Part shown: piece after piece, positions 49,896 to 57,923 of the stretch
Position numbering within the stretch: position 1 is the first letter of the stretch
Layout: each line of letters opens with the position of its first letter
Translations under genes and position numbers: made by a program
IMG/VR virus record: IMGVR_UViG_2811995239_000002
Location: 1-64,000 of that record
DNA: 64,000 nucleotides
Origin: a virus
Taxonomy: Duplodnaviria > Caudoviricetes
Strand: one strand, 5' to 3'
Notes under the pieces: model-generated
The model's database searches: none
Told to the model about the DNA's origin: nothing
What the model saw: only the letters and a program-made list of their open reading frames with translations

Positions 49896-50836
49896 TCCTT
49901 ACCCTGAAGCATGGCGGCACGGCAGGCGTTATGGCCTTGCGCGAAGCTTTTCTGATAAAGGTTCATGTCATCAGATATAGCCATTTCATCAGGCACAGCC
50001 ACCGGCGCTGGCGCAGTCAGCGGAGGAACGCCCAGCATCTCACGCATTTCATTCACCCCGGCGTAATGCTCAGCGCGCTGTTCCGGCGTCATAGCGTCAA
50101 TTTCAGCGTAATAGTCAGCGCGACGTTGCAGAGCAGTCAGCAAAGTTTCTGTTTTGCAGCCCTTGCCGATAATAAGACCTGGCTTTAACTCAACGGCGCA
50201 CGGAAGAGTTGCAGGGACTACCGGCGCTGGCGGGGCGATGAATAACTCCGTTTTACCCATCGGCTTATGATTGCATTTCGGACAGACGTCGTTATCTCGC
50301 CAGTCCTCAATTGTTTCCCACCCACAGCAACCACAGTCGTAACGGATGTAATCAGGCTCCGACTTCCTCCCTGCTAACAATTCATCAATCGCTTTCACAG
50401 CGTCAGACATTGCGTAACCGATGTTACCGCCATCGCTTTGTGTTGCTGCTTTGCTCAGGATTTCACGAATGCGGTGCAGGCGGTAATTTGAGAGAGGACC
50501 GTGCGCCGGGTGGTTGTCACTGCCAGCCTCAAGCGATGCCAGCGCGATTTTGAAGATAGCCGCATCAAGTTCAGCCTCTTCTACGTCCGGGTATTTTGCA
50601 GCTACTGTAAGCCGGTGCTGAAGTTTTGCTATTAACTGCTCTTTGGTGAATGCATTATTTAAACCTCCCACACCTTTCCACAGGACAGGCATACGGCTTT
50701 GCCGTCGTCGCAGCCCGCACTTTGCAGGCTCTGCGGTTAGCGATGCCAGCGCGATACGCGCCAGCTCTTTCTGTTCGCTGTTAGTGAGCGTTTTAACTTC
50801 GCCGTTAAGATATGCGGCGATAAGCTCTCTGTTCAT
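49892..50836 (-). CDS. Eaa-like mosaic protein with Zn ribbon
   Basis: IALASL, CGCCG..CPKC, CRAAML. Confidence 0.65.
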   Translation of the reverse strand: MNRELIAAYLNGEVKTLTNSEQKELARIALASLTAEPAKCGLRRRQSRMPVLWKGVGGLNNAFTKEQLIAKLQHRLTVAAKYPDVEEAELDAAIFKIALASLEAGSDNHPAHGPLSNYRLHRIREILSKAATQSDGGNIGYAMSDAVKAIDELLAGRKSEPDYIRYDCGCCGWETIEDWRDNDVCPKCNHKPMGKTELFIAPPAPVVPATLPCAVELKPGLIIGKGCKTETLLTALQRRADYYAEIDAMTPEQRAEHYAGVNEMREMLGVPPLTAPAPVAVPDEMAISDDMNLYQKSFAQGHNACRAAMLQGKE

Positions 50837-51042
50837 AGTGAAATCTCCTGACATCCATCACCCTTACGGCACACTGAAGCGGCGCCGTTCCTCACGCTAG
50901 CTATAGTTACTGTTCCGTCATCGCACTGCGTGATGATGAGCGGATATTCTTTCTCGGTAACACAGTGAGGATTTTCACCCGCCATTGCAGCGGGTATGAC
51001 AAACAGGGTGATGAGTGCTGCTATTCTGGTAATAGTGGTCAT
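50833..51042 (-). CDS. Small secreted Cys-containing protein
   Basis: Signal peptide, 4 Cys. Confidence 0.55.
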   Translation of the reverse strand: MTTITRIAALITLFVIPAAMAGENPHCVTEKEYPLIITQCDDGTVTIASVRNGAASVCRKGDGCQEISL

Positions 51043-51045
51043 GGG

Positions 51046-51204
51046 TTAGTCCTCCCCCGCGAGACGCTCGTAAACGTCCTGCGCTTCCTGGTGCGTTAAT
51101 CCAAGCTGGTTAACCATAAAATTAATCACTTCGCCGTATGGCCGGCCTTCTTCGATTTGACGGCGGAGGATTTTCACGTCGTCATCCAGTAATTTTTCTG
51201 TCAT
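51046..51204 (-). CDS. 52-aa hypothetical protein
   Basis: Read manually; ATGA-coupled. Confidence 0.5.
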   Translation of the reverse strand: MTEKLLDDDVKILRRQIEEGRPYGEVINFMVNQLGLTHQEAQDVYERLAGED

Positions 51205-52303
51205 GCTGCTTTCTCCTGATTTGCAAATAGATCCATCTGCGCTGAATCGCTATTTCCGACAATAAACGCCTCGCAACTTTCCGTACAGGAACCCGGCTCC
51301 TCACCACCACCACCGCGCATAGTCGCCGCAATTTCATCGCGGGTCAGTGATGAATACGCCTCCTCAATGCTGTCCAGTGAATTCCCCTTCCTGTACATAA
51401 TTTTGTTTTCCTGTTGGCGGCGTTCTACGACGCGAACATCAGGAGACATAACCGCTTCACGGAATTTCTCCAGCATTTCAGGTTCATCACGCATAGCCAG
51501 TGCAACTTTGTTGATGCCTTTCTTGATGCAAAAAACACAGTTCCCCAGGTGCTCAGGAATACCCAAGTCGAACGGCTGCCTATTCCACCATTCCAAAACA
51601 TCCTGTTTTTCGTCATCCATGATTTCAGCCATAAAGCGCTGTTTTGATTTAGCGATAGAAATAACGCGATTAATAATCTCGTTTGCCACGTCACCGAAAA
51701 TCATGAAATGAGTTTCCAGCGTTTCCTGCATTTGCTCTTGAGTTTGCGACTGAGATAAATCACGGTATAAATCAATCATCATGTAATTATCGAAATTCAT
51801 ACGACGCAATTTAGGGAAAAGCGCCTCACCCCAGATTCGCGCAGGTTCGTCGACACGCATTCCGAGCCACGATTGGTAATCGACGAAATTATCCTTGCAA
51901 AACCGCTCGCACACCTCAATTTTCATTGTCCGCGTACAGAACGCGCCGCCGAAATATGGAGTGCCGTATTTCGCCATAACGTCGATCCACGGTTGCAAAT
52001 CGGGGCCAATTTCATCAATGGAAATGACCTTGTAGCTGTTTGCTTTACCAAGCTCAGGATTTACCAGGACTCGGAGGCAAATGAGGTCAATACCCAGTTA
52101 GCGACAACCTCCCTGATGAATTTATAGGTTTCTGGGTGCTCTGCGCCTGTGTCCATGAACACGTAACGAACATCCCACCCCAACTTACGTTTATTTTCCA
52201 TTTCCCTGACCAGTCGGCCTGACGTTCTGCCACCAGAAAAACTCACAATGTGCGTGATACCCATCGCCGCTTCACGCTGCGTCTGTTTGTCGATGTTGCT
52301 CAT
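51201..52303 (-). pseudogene. Second PAPS-reductase-family gene, 1-bp frameshift at ~52094 (or sequencing error)
   Basis: Near-identical to 14387-15454, split over two frames at NW/GID. Confidence 0.8.
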
Positions 52304-52791
52304 GCTGCACGCTCCTGTTTTGATTTACGCAGCGCTTCTTTGTAGTTGGCCTTTGCTGCTTTTTTGGTGTCACACCATTCGCCTTCAATATCACGACGTG
52401 GGTAGCCATAAGCCGCGTCGTATGAGCAACGGAACATTCGGCATTTCCCATGACGGTTATATTCGACTTCTGGAAGCTGGTAGCCCAACAACCATTCACT
52501 GAATGACTGGCAACTATCAGCATCAAGATAATCCTCGTAACGGGTGCGCTTTTTTGGCTCTGGCAGCGCAGAAATTGCTGTTGCTTCGCCTTTTTCTGTG
52601 ACGTGATAGAGCGTTCCGCCACCCGTAAAATCCGGCGCAGGCCGGGAAGTGGCAAAACCTTCAGCAACAAGCTCCTGCCACTTCGAGTTGTCCGTATGAC
52701 CGTCACCAGCGAGGAAATAATTGCGGTACGGCGTCCTGTTGCGCTCGTTGATACCCAGCGCGTGCTGCATGAGTTCGATACCAGTGCTCAT
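52300..52791 (-). CDS. Phage hypothetical protein (MQHALG..YRNYF)
   Basis: ATGA-coupled. Confidence 0.7.
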   Translation of the reverse strand: MSTGIELMQHALGINERNRTPYRNYFLAGDGHTDNSKWQELVAEGFATSRPAPDFTGGGTLYHVTEKGEATAISALPEPKKRTRYEDYLDADSCQSFSEWLLGYQLPEVEYNRHGKCRMFRCSYDAAYGYPRRDIEGEWCDTKKAAKANYKEALRKSKQERAA

Positions 52792-53072
52792 TGAGCGGCC
52801 TCCTGGGTTGGCATCAATGCGTTGCGAACGCATGGCTTGTAGTAGTGATGAAAAGCGAATGTCAGGCCGAGTTTTGTCGGTCGGTCGTGTTTGCCAAGCA
52901 ATCCGAGACGAATACAGATAGTCGTTGCCGTGTATCCGGAGTGATAACCAGACGCGCGCTTGAGCACTGTTTCAGCGAGAATGGTGCGGAAATCAGTTCT
53001 CCCAAAGTTCGTTCCTTCGAAAGCGGCATTGACCACTTCGTCGGTCAGATGCGAATCGTCTACGATGCTCAT
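52788..53072 (-). CDS. Phage hypothetical protein
   Basis: ATGA-coupled. Confidence 0.65.
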   Translation of the reverse strand: MSIVDDSHLTDEVVNAAFEGTNFGRTDFRTILAETVLKRASGYHSGYTATTICIRLGLLGKHDRPTKLGLTFAFHHYYKPCVRNALMPTQEAAQ

Positions 53073-53533
53073 GACTGCACTCCTTTGCGTAACTGGGCGG
53101 CGAACGTATCAGCCGCGAGAGACATTCCACGATAGCGAGGGGATAGGTCGACATTCCCTTTAACTGCCTCATCATCAGCAATCTTATTTTGCGCATTGGC
53201 AAACATCTCCACCCCCTGAGCCCGCACTTCAGCCAGGAAAGCGTCGGTCGCTGGGGTTTTGATTGCCTCAATCGCAGTATTTCCGCAATCATCGAGCAAT
53301 TGCTCAGTTGGTCGATACTCGATACCAAAAGCACCCTTCACCGGATTAAACCCGAGTCGATAAAAGTTCGCGCAGTCAGCAAGCTTTGCATTCTCCGCAG
53401 CCAGCGCCTCAAATTTTGATTTAGCCAGCAGTACCGCGTCATTTGCTTCTTTCAGGACAGACATAGCCTTTTCGTTGTCTGCCTCCAGTTGCTTTACCTT
53501 CGCTTCAAGTTCTTCATAGGTTGGCTTGCTCAT
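53069..53533 (-). CDS. Phage accessory protein (ALAAEN/TPATDAFLAEV family)
   Basis: Motifs shared with 12635-13306. Confidence 0.7.
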   Translation of the reverse strand: MSKPTYEELEAKVKQLEADNEKAMSVLKEANDAVLLAKSKFEALAAENAKLADCANFYRLGFNPVKGAFGIEYRPTEQLLDDCGNTAIEAIKTPATDAFLAEVRAQGVEMFANAQNKIADDEAVKGNVDLSPRYRGMSLAADTFAAQLRKGVQS

Positions 53534-53754
53534 TGTTCGGACTCCTGGTTAACCTTCTTGACTAACTCAATCCATTGAGGGGCTAATATTTCTTCAGCTC
53601 GATTACGGGAACTGACTGGACTGTTAAGTTGCACCCGATGACAGTTGTAAGGACATTTCAGGCCGCCGCGACACATGCCCCAGTGATCAACTTTGAAGGC
53701 ATATTCAGGCATATTTCCGCAATCAGGGCAGCGGGGTAAATCAGACTGCTTCAT
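53530..53754 (-). CDS. Lar-like zinc-ribbon protein
   Basis: LPRCPDCG...CPYNC. Confidence 0.55.
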   Translation of the reverse strand: MKQSDLPRCPDCGNMPEYAFKVDHWGMCRGGLKCPYNCHRVQLNSPVSSRNRAEEILAPQWIELVKKVNQESEQ

Positions 53755-54560
53755 GAGGTAACCTCATCTGACTCGTGGCGAAACTCCCGAAGAATGGAAA
53801 TAATTTCAGCCTGCATTGCTGGTGGAATTTCAATAGTCAGCATTTCGCCGGAGTCCTCTGCACACGACGAAATAAGCTCAAGAAACTTCCTGGCTTTTCC
53901 TGCATTAAACTGAGGGCTGGCAATGCTCTTGGTGACTTTTTTCTTACCCGCGTCCTCGGCTTTCTTCATCAGACGAGAAGCTTCGCGATCGGCGTACACA
54001 CCATGTTCACGAGAGATGCCAATCGCGATGGCATAGTTCATTGATCCATCACGTACTAGCTTTTTGATATATGGTGTGCATTCGTGAAGCTGAAGGTGTT
54101 GCAGGATATCTGACTCTGAGCGCTTAACTTTTTTCGCTATCTCTGAAGGACTCCATCCCTGATTCTGAAGGCGATGATAGGCTGCACCGCGCTCAAGCGG
54201 AGTAAGCGCAAGCCCCTGAGAACTGGTCACCATAAAAGCGATTTTATCCGCTTCGCTACCGACGAAGTCCTTGCACTCCAGGCGCACAATGTCGTGCCCC
54301 ATTTCGATAGCAGCCAGCGCACCGTGATAGCGATGGTGACCGTCGATCACCTTCACACCACGCTCAGTAACTTCTACGGCCAGCGGAGGAATATATTCAC
54401 CGGCGATAAAAGCATCACGGAATTCTTCAACATGCGCCTGGTTAAGCTCACGAACGTTGTAGCCTTCTTCGGTGTAAATTTTATCCAGAGGGACGTTGTA
54501 GGTTTTGCGGGTTGTTAACCCGGCGTCTTTGTCATTGTAGAGCTGGCCTAAGCTGGGCAT
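53751..54560 (-). CDS. ParB-like N-terminal domain DNA-binding protein
   Basis: IPPLAV, IDGHHR, LTPLER, HTH. Confidence 0.82.
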   Translation of the reverse strand: MPSLGQLYNDKDAGLTTRKTYNVPLDKIYTEEGYNVRELNQAHVEEFRDAFIAGEYIPPLAVEVTERGVKVIDGHHRYHGALAAIEMGHDIVRLECKDFVGSEADKIAFMVTSSQGLALTPLERGAAYHRLQNQGWSPSEIAKKVKRSESDILQHLQLHECTPYIKKLVRDGSMNYAIAIGISREHGVYADREASRLMKKAEDAGKKKVTKSIASPQFNAGKARKFLELISSCAEDSGEMLTIEIPPAMQAEIISILREFRHESDEVTS

Positions 54561-54635
54561 GGTTACTCCTTAAGGTAGAGGGAGAGTGCTTTGCTATGCG
54601 CCCTCAGCGCAGGCGCATAAAACAACACGACGGGA

Positions 54636-55448
54636 TTAAACGGAGCCTTCGTAAATCGGGAGGTCTTCGCCGAGCTGGTTTTCCATATCGGTAACGATTT
54701 CCTGGAAGGCATGCTCAACGACTTTCTTCGGTTCGATCAGCTCATACCAGAGGATCAACTGACCATCACGCAGTCGGTAACGGATGCGGGCGTCAACCTG
54801 ATATGGCGAACCGTTATGGAATGGAGAAATTGCCAGGCTGATTTTTTCCGGCATTTTGGTATTACCAGAACCGGATTTTTCATCGCTGAACTGGAACTGG
54901 CAGGTGCCATCCGAAAGGCGCTTAACTGACTTGAATTCAGATTTGCGTGTTTCCTGGAATTCGAGAACCATTTCCAGAAGTTCTGTACCCGACGGGCCCT
55001 GGTATGAATCACTAACCGGCGCAACATTCTGAATATTGTTTTCCAGAAATTCAGCAAAGTTGATCTGGTCCATTTTGGTGCCATCGTTGGCTGTCCATGA
55101 TTTCCATTCGTCGGAGAACGGGCAGTCATAAACAGCTTTATGTGCAGCCCAGCTAGGATTGTCAGCGTTCTGGTGGAAATCAAGCACGGCGACAATACGC
55201 GTTTTGGTTTTATCCGCGAAAACTACAGTACGTTCATCACGGAATCGCTGGATATAGGCGATCAGCGAACCGGGAGAAATCAGGTTTGCGGCCTGACGGA
55301 TACGCGATGGAGCGAGTTGCAGACTCTCAAGAGATTTGACTTCAAAACCTTCTGGCACAACGACAGACGGGATATCCGTTGAGGTCTTCAGCGTTGCAGA
55401 GACCAGATCACGGATATCGAGCACGGTAGAGCCTTCAATTTGAGACAT
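54636..55448 (-). CDS. YfdQ (DUF2303) family protein
   Basis: AVLDFH, Q..FAEFLE, ARIRYR. Confidence 0.8.
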   Translation of the reverse strand: MSQIEGSTVLDIRDLVSATLKTSTDIPSVVVPEGFEVKSLESLQLAPSRIRQAANLISPGSLIAYIQRFRDERTVVFADKTKTRIVAVLDFHQNADNPSWAAHKAVYDCPFSDEWKSWTANDGTKMDQINFAEFLENNIQNVAPVSDSYQGPSGTELLEMVLEFQETRKSEFKSVKRLSDGTCQFQFSDEKSGSGNTKMPEKISLAISPFHNGSPYQVDARIRYRLRDGQLILWYELIEPKKVVEHAFQEIVTDMENQLGEDLPIYEGSV

Positions 55449-55480
55449 TGAATATTTCCTTATCAGATTGGAACGGGGTA

Positions 55481-55840
55481 TTACTGGGCAAGCTTGATAG
55501 GCGCGGTCTGAGCGGTTGGCTCGATGACTTTCAAATCAAGCTGGGTTTGCGACGGGTCGTCGCGGAGCAGATCGCCATCAGAGGTTGAGAACATAATGGT
55601 GTCAGCGCGGTCAAGTTCAGGGATGGTGCGGCTTACTTTCGGCGTGACTTTCATAGTGTTTTCGTCACGGGTATTCAGCATCTGGCAGTTCAGCGTCAGT
55701 GTTACGGCACCTTTTTTACCCGTTTCCCGTACAGCCTTAATTACTTCAGCCAGCGCCTCAGTAAGTTCAGCATCCAGAGTGCCTTTATTGATATAAGCAA
55801 GGTGCTGGCTAAACGGCGTGGTATTTTTTGTTTCGGACAT
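55481..55840 (-). CDS. YfdP-like protein
   Basis: VRETGKKGAVTLTL, G.LLRDDP.Q; adjacent to YfdQ. Confidence 0.7.
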   Translation of the reverse strand: MSETKNTTPFSQHLAYINKGTLDAELTEALAEVIKAVRETGKKGAVTLTLNCQMLNTRDENTMKVTPKVSRTIPELDRADTIMFSTSDGDLLRDDPSQTQLDLKVIEPTAQTAPIKLAQ

Positions 55841-55852
55841 AATTCTCTCCAG

Positions 55853-56005
55853 TTATAAACATGGATCGCCTTTCTGGGTAAGTAGCCTGTACATCCAGCT
55901 ACGGCGCCAGGCACGAGCGATGGTTTTTTGATTGCGAACAGCCTGCACACCTCGCGGGACGCGCATCAGGTCGCCGTACTGAAAATTAACGTTACGGAAG
56001 GTCAT
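55853..56005 (-). CDS. 50-aa basic hypothetical protein (MTFRNVNF...)
   Basis: Read manually. Confidence 0.45.
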   Translation of the reverse strand: MTFRNVNFQYGDLMRVPRGVQAVRNQKTIARAWRRSWMYRLLTQKGDPCL

Positions 56006-56023
56006 ATAAGTCACCGATGAATT

Positions 56024-56088
56024 TGGTGTCCGGCAGGAGTTGAACCTGCGCAGGGGAGGGAAGCCCAGCCGACACCGGAAGCGGACAC
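56024..56088 (-). ncRNA. tRNA-like minihelix RNA (acceptor plus T-arm)
   Basis: GTGTCCG/CGGACAC stem, GCAGG-TTCAACT-CCTGC T-arm, ends ACCA. Confidence 0.55.
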
Positions 56089-56093
56089 ATTGA

Positions 56094-56170
56094 ATAAAAA
56101 GGGCGGTTACCCATCAGAACATTATCTTCTTCCTCCTTTGGAATGGTTGAAGACTGGATAACCGCCAAAT
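56094..56170 (-). terminator. Long terminator hairpin/putative sRNA containing an SD-AUG-UUC-UGA minigene
   Basis: GGCGGTTAT...GTAACCGCC-CTTTTT. Confidence 0.55.
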
Positions 56171-56177
56171 GCTTAAT

Positions 56178-57062
56178 TCATTCCTCAGCTCTGACAAACT
56201 GCCCTTTATCATTCAGGCAATAAGGGACATTGGCCTCAATACCATTTTCACCAACATAAGCCACCGCAAAGCGAGTGCGTTCTCCGTCATGCCACGGAAC
56301 AGCTGCGCAACCACCCTCACCAAGAACAACGCGGCGCACACTGCCAGCACATGCCACTACTGAATTCTTTCCTGATGCCGTGATTTGGGCGGAGTCACCG
56401 CTGCTACCGATTTGGGCGGAGTCACCGCTGCTACCGATTTGGGCGGAGTCACCGCTGCTACCGATTTGGGCGGAGTCACCGCTGCTACCGATTTGGGCGG
56501 AGTCACCGCTGCTACCGATTCGGGCGTAGTCACCGCTGCTACCGATTCGGGCGTAGTCACCGCTGCTACCGATTCGGGCGTAGTAACCGCTGCTACCGAT
56601 TCGGGCGTAGTCACCGCTGCTACCGATTTGGGCGGAGTCACCGCTGCTACCGATTTGGGCGGAGTCACCGCTGCTACCGATTCGGGCGTAGTCACCGCTG
56701 CTACCGATTCGGGCGTAGTCACCGCTGCTACCGATTCGGGCGTAGTAACCGCTGCTACCGATTCGGGCGTAGTCACCGCTGTTGTTTTCCCCATCCACCT
56801 GGTCGCCAGAGAATTCCATGCTGGTAAGTTCGCCAACCATCTTGTCGGTAGCAGCCGTTTCAGTTTTTATAAACTCGGGATTGTCCAGGAACGTGGAGTA
56901 CATCTTATCGACCAGCCAGCGCGCATCATCGAAACGCTTATCCGCAACAAGGGCACCATGTACATCTGCGTATGCGCCGCCCTGCGGGAATTTATCCAGA
57001 AACCAGCGGAAGCCATCAGTACATGCATGCCAGTTTTTTACTTGTTCTTTGGTTATTTGCAT
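56178..57062 (-). CDS. Nonapeptide-repeat (GDxAxIGSS) beta-solenoid-like phage protein
   Basis: 15 repeats between ACTDGFRWF N-domain and AYVGENGI C-cap. Confidence 0.85.
   Translation of the reverse strand: MQITKEQVKNWHACTDGFRWFLDKFPQGGAYADVHGALVADKRFDDARWLVDKMYSTFLDNPEFIKTETAATDKMVGELTSMEFSGDQVDGENNSGDYARIGSSGYYARIGSSGDYARIGSSGDYARIGSSGDSAQIGSSGDSAQIGSSGDYARIGSSGYYARIGSSGDYARIGSSGDYARIGSSGDSAQIGSSGDSAQIGSSGDSAQIGSSGDSAQIGSSGDSAQITASGKNSVVACAGSVRRVVLGEGGCAAVPWHDGERTRFAVAYVGENGIEANVPYCLNDKGQFVRAEE
56376..56780. repeat. 27-bp coding tandem repeat x15
   Basis: Three unit variants in order A B A A C C A B A A C C C C C'. Confidence 0.95.
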
Positions 57063-57208
57063 TAAGCGACCCTCGAAATAAGAAGAATTAAAGTTATGGT
57101 CAGGGTTACGCCAATGAAGGTAGTGAACCCGGTATTTGAGCTGAAATGTTTACGGCGCCAGCGGAGCACATCACGCCCCGTCAACTGATAGATGTGTTCA
57201 GGTTTCAT
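57062..57208 (-). CDS. 48-aa membrane-anchored small protein
   Basis: AGGAG RBS, C-terminal TM, TAATG coupling to repeat gene. Confidence 0.55.
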   Translation of the reverse strand: MKPEHIYQLTGRDVLRWRRKHFSSNTGFTTFIGVTLTITLILLISRVA

Positions 57209-57266
57209 CGTTGGTGCTCCTTTTCATATCGGGGAGTGCACTGCATCGAATGCACTTTCAGGCATG

Positions 57267-57327
57267 AAAAAAAAGCCCGTCATGGGAGGCGGGCAAAGAC
57301 TACACACAGCAATGGTTGATTCAGGGG
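57267..57327 (-). ncRNA. RprA-like sRNA 3' half with terminator
   Basis: ATTGCTGTGTGTAGTCTTTGCCC...GGGCTTTTTTTT matches recalled RprA 3' region. Confidence 0.7.
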
Positions 57328-57329
57328 TG

Positions 57330-57539
57330 CTAATAGCCAAATGTGTTTAAGGCATCGACATGAGTTGGTTTTCTTGGGATTTCGCTTGCGGGGAAGGTTT
57401 TCTCCCAGTGCTTATATAGTCTGGCTGCTATGTTTGCCCGTTCAGCTGTAGTGAAGGTGCCAAGCGACTGGGTCGTCTTTAGTTGAGTGCTTCTCACACT
57501 AGCGGAAAAACCAAAATGACTTTTGTGCGTATATTTCAT
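57330..57539 (-). CDS. AP2-like small DNA-binding protein
   Basis: SLGTFTTAERANIAA. Confidence 0.6.
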   Translation of the reverse strand: MKYTHKSHFGFSASVRSTQLKTTQSLGTFTTAERANIAARLYKHWEKTFPASEIPRKPTHVDALNTFGY

Positions 57540-57625
57540 GAAAGTGCCTCCACGAATTCAGCAAAGCTAAGTGCTTCTTCGCCTTCAGCCAGACTTTCAA
57601 AATACTCTTCGTATGCTTTATCCAT
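57536..57625 (-). CDS. 29-aa acidic peptide, first pL gene
   Basis: MDKAYEEYFESLAEGEEALSFAEFVEALS; GGGGG RBS, ATGA coupling. Confidence 0.55.
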   Translation of the reverse strand: MDKAYEEYFESLAEGEEALSFAEFVEALS

Positions 57626-57682
57626 CGTGTGACCCCCATTCAGTGGATTAGTAAAAGGCCCGAAGCCTTTGATTAATACACT

Positions 57683-57750
57683 AACCCGCATTGCCGACAT
57701 CCTGTCCCGCCACGGTTCCGACGCATGGTTTAAAGTCGCGCCGTTCGACC
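57683..57750 (-). ncRNA. HK022 putL-like antiterminator RNA
   Basis: CGAACGGCGCGACTTTAAACCATGCGTCGG...GGCGGG..CAGGATG..GGCAATGC resembles recalled putL; downstream of pL. Confidence 0.75.
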
Positions 57751-57811
57751 ATCTCCAGCAAACCCGTCCGTAACGTTTACGGTTGGGTATCTTTCCGCTG
57801 TTGATGTGCAT

Positions 57812-57865
57812 AATGTAGGATATCCAACATTAGTGTGTCAAGAACGTATGTAGGATAACCAACAT
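57812..57865 (-). promoter_or_regulatory. pL and OL of prophage B
   Basis: TTGACA-18bp-TACATT; operators TGTAGGATATCCAACA and TGTAGGATAACCAACA. Confidence 0.75.
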
Positions 57866-57880
57866 ATTTTGTTTGGGCAC

Positions 57881-57906
57881 AAAAAAACCGAGCTGTTGCT
57901 CGGCTT
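57881..57906 (-). terminator. Terminator after cI
   Basis: CCGAGC-AACA-GCTCGG-TTTTTTT. Confidence 0.75.
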
Positions 57907-57923
57907 ATTGGAGGGGAAGGGGA

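Noticed and set aside
56376-56780. 27-bp repeat array as a CRISPR array or DGR template
   Set aside because: Units are contiguous without unique spacers and lie in frame in a protein; no cas or reverse transcriptase gene is in the window.
56275-57065. Alternative-frame repeat ORFs (56357-56836 minus, 56385-57065 plus, 56275-56529 plus)
   Set aside because: They are open only because the stop-free 27-bp unit repeats; the 56178-57062 frame has coupling and non-repeat domains.
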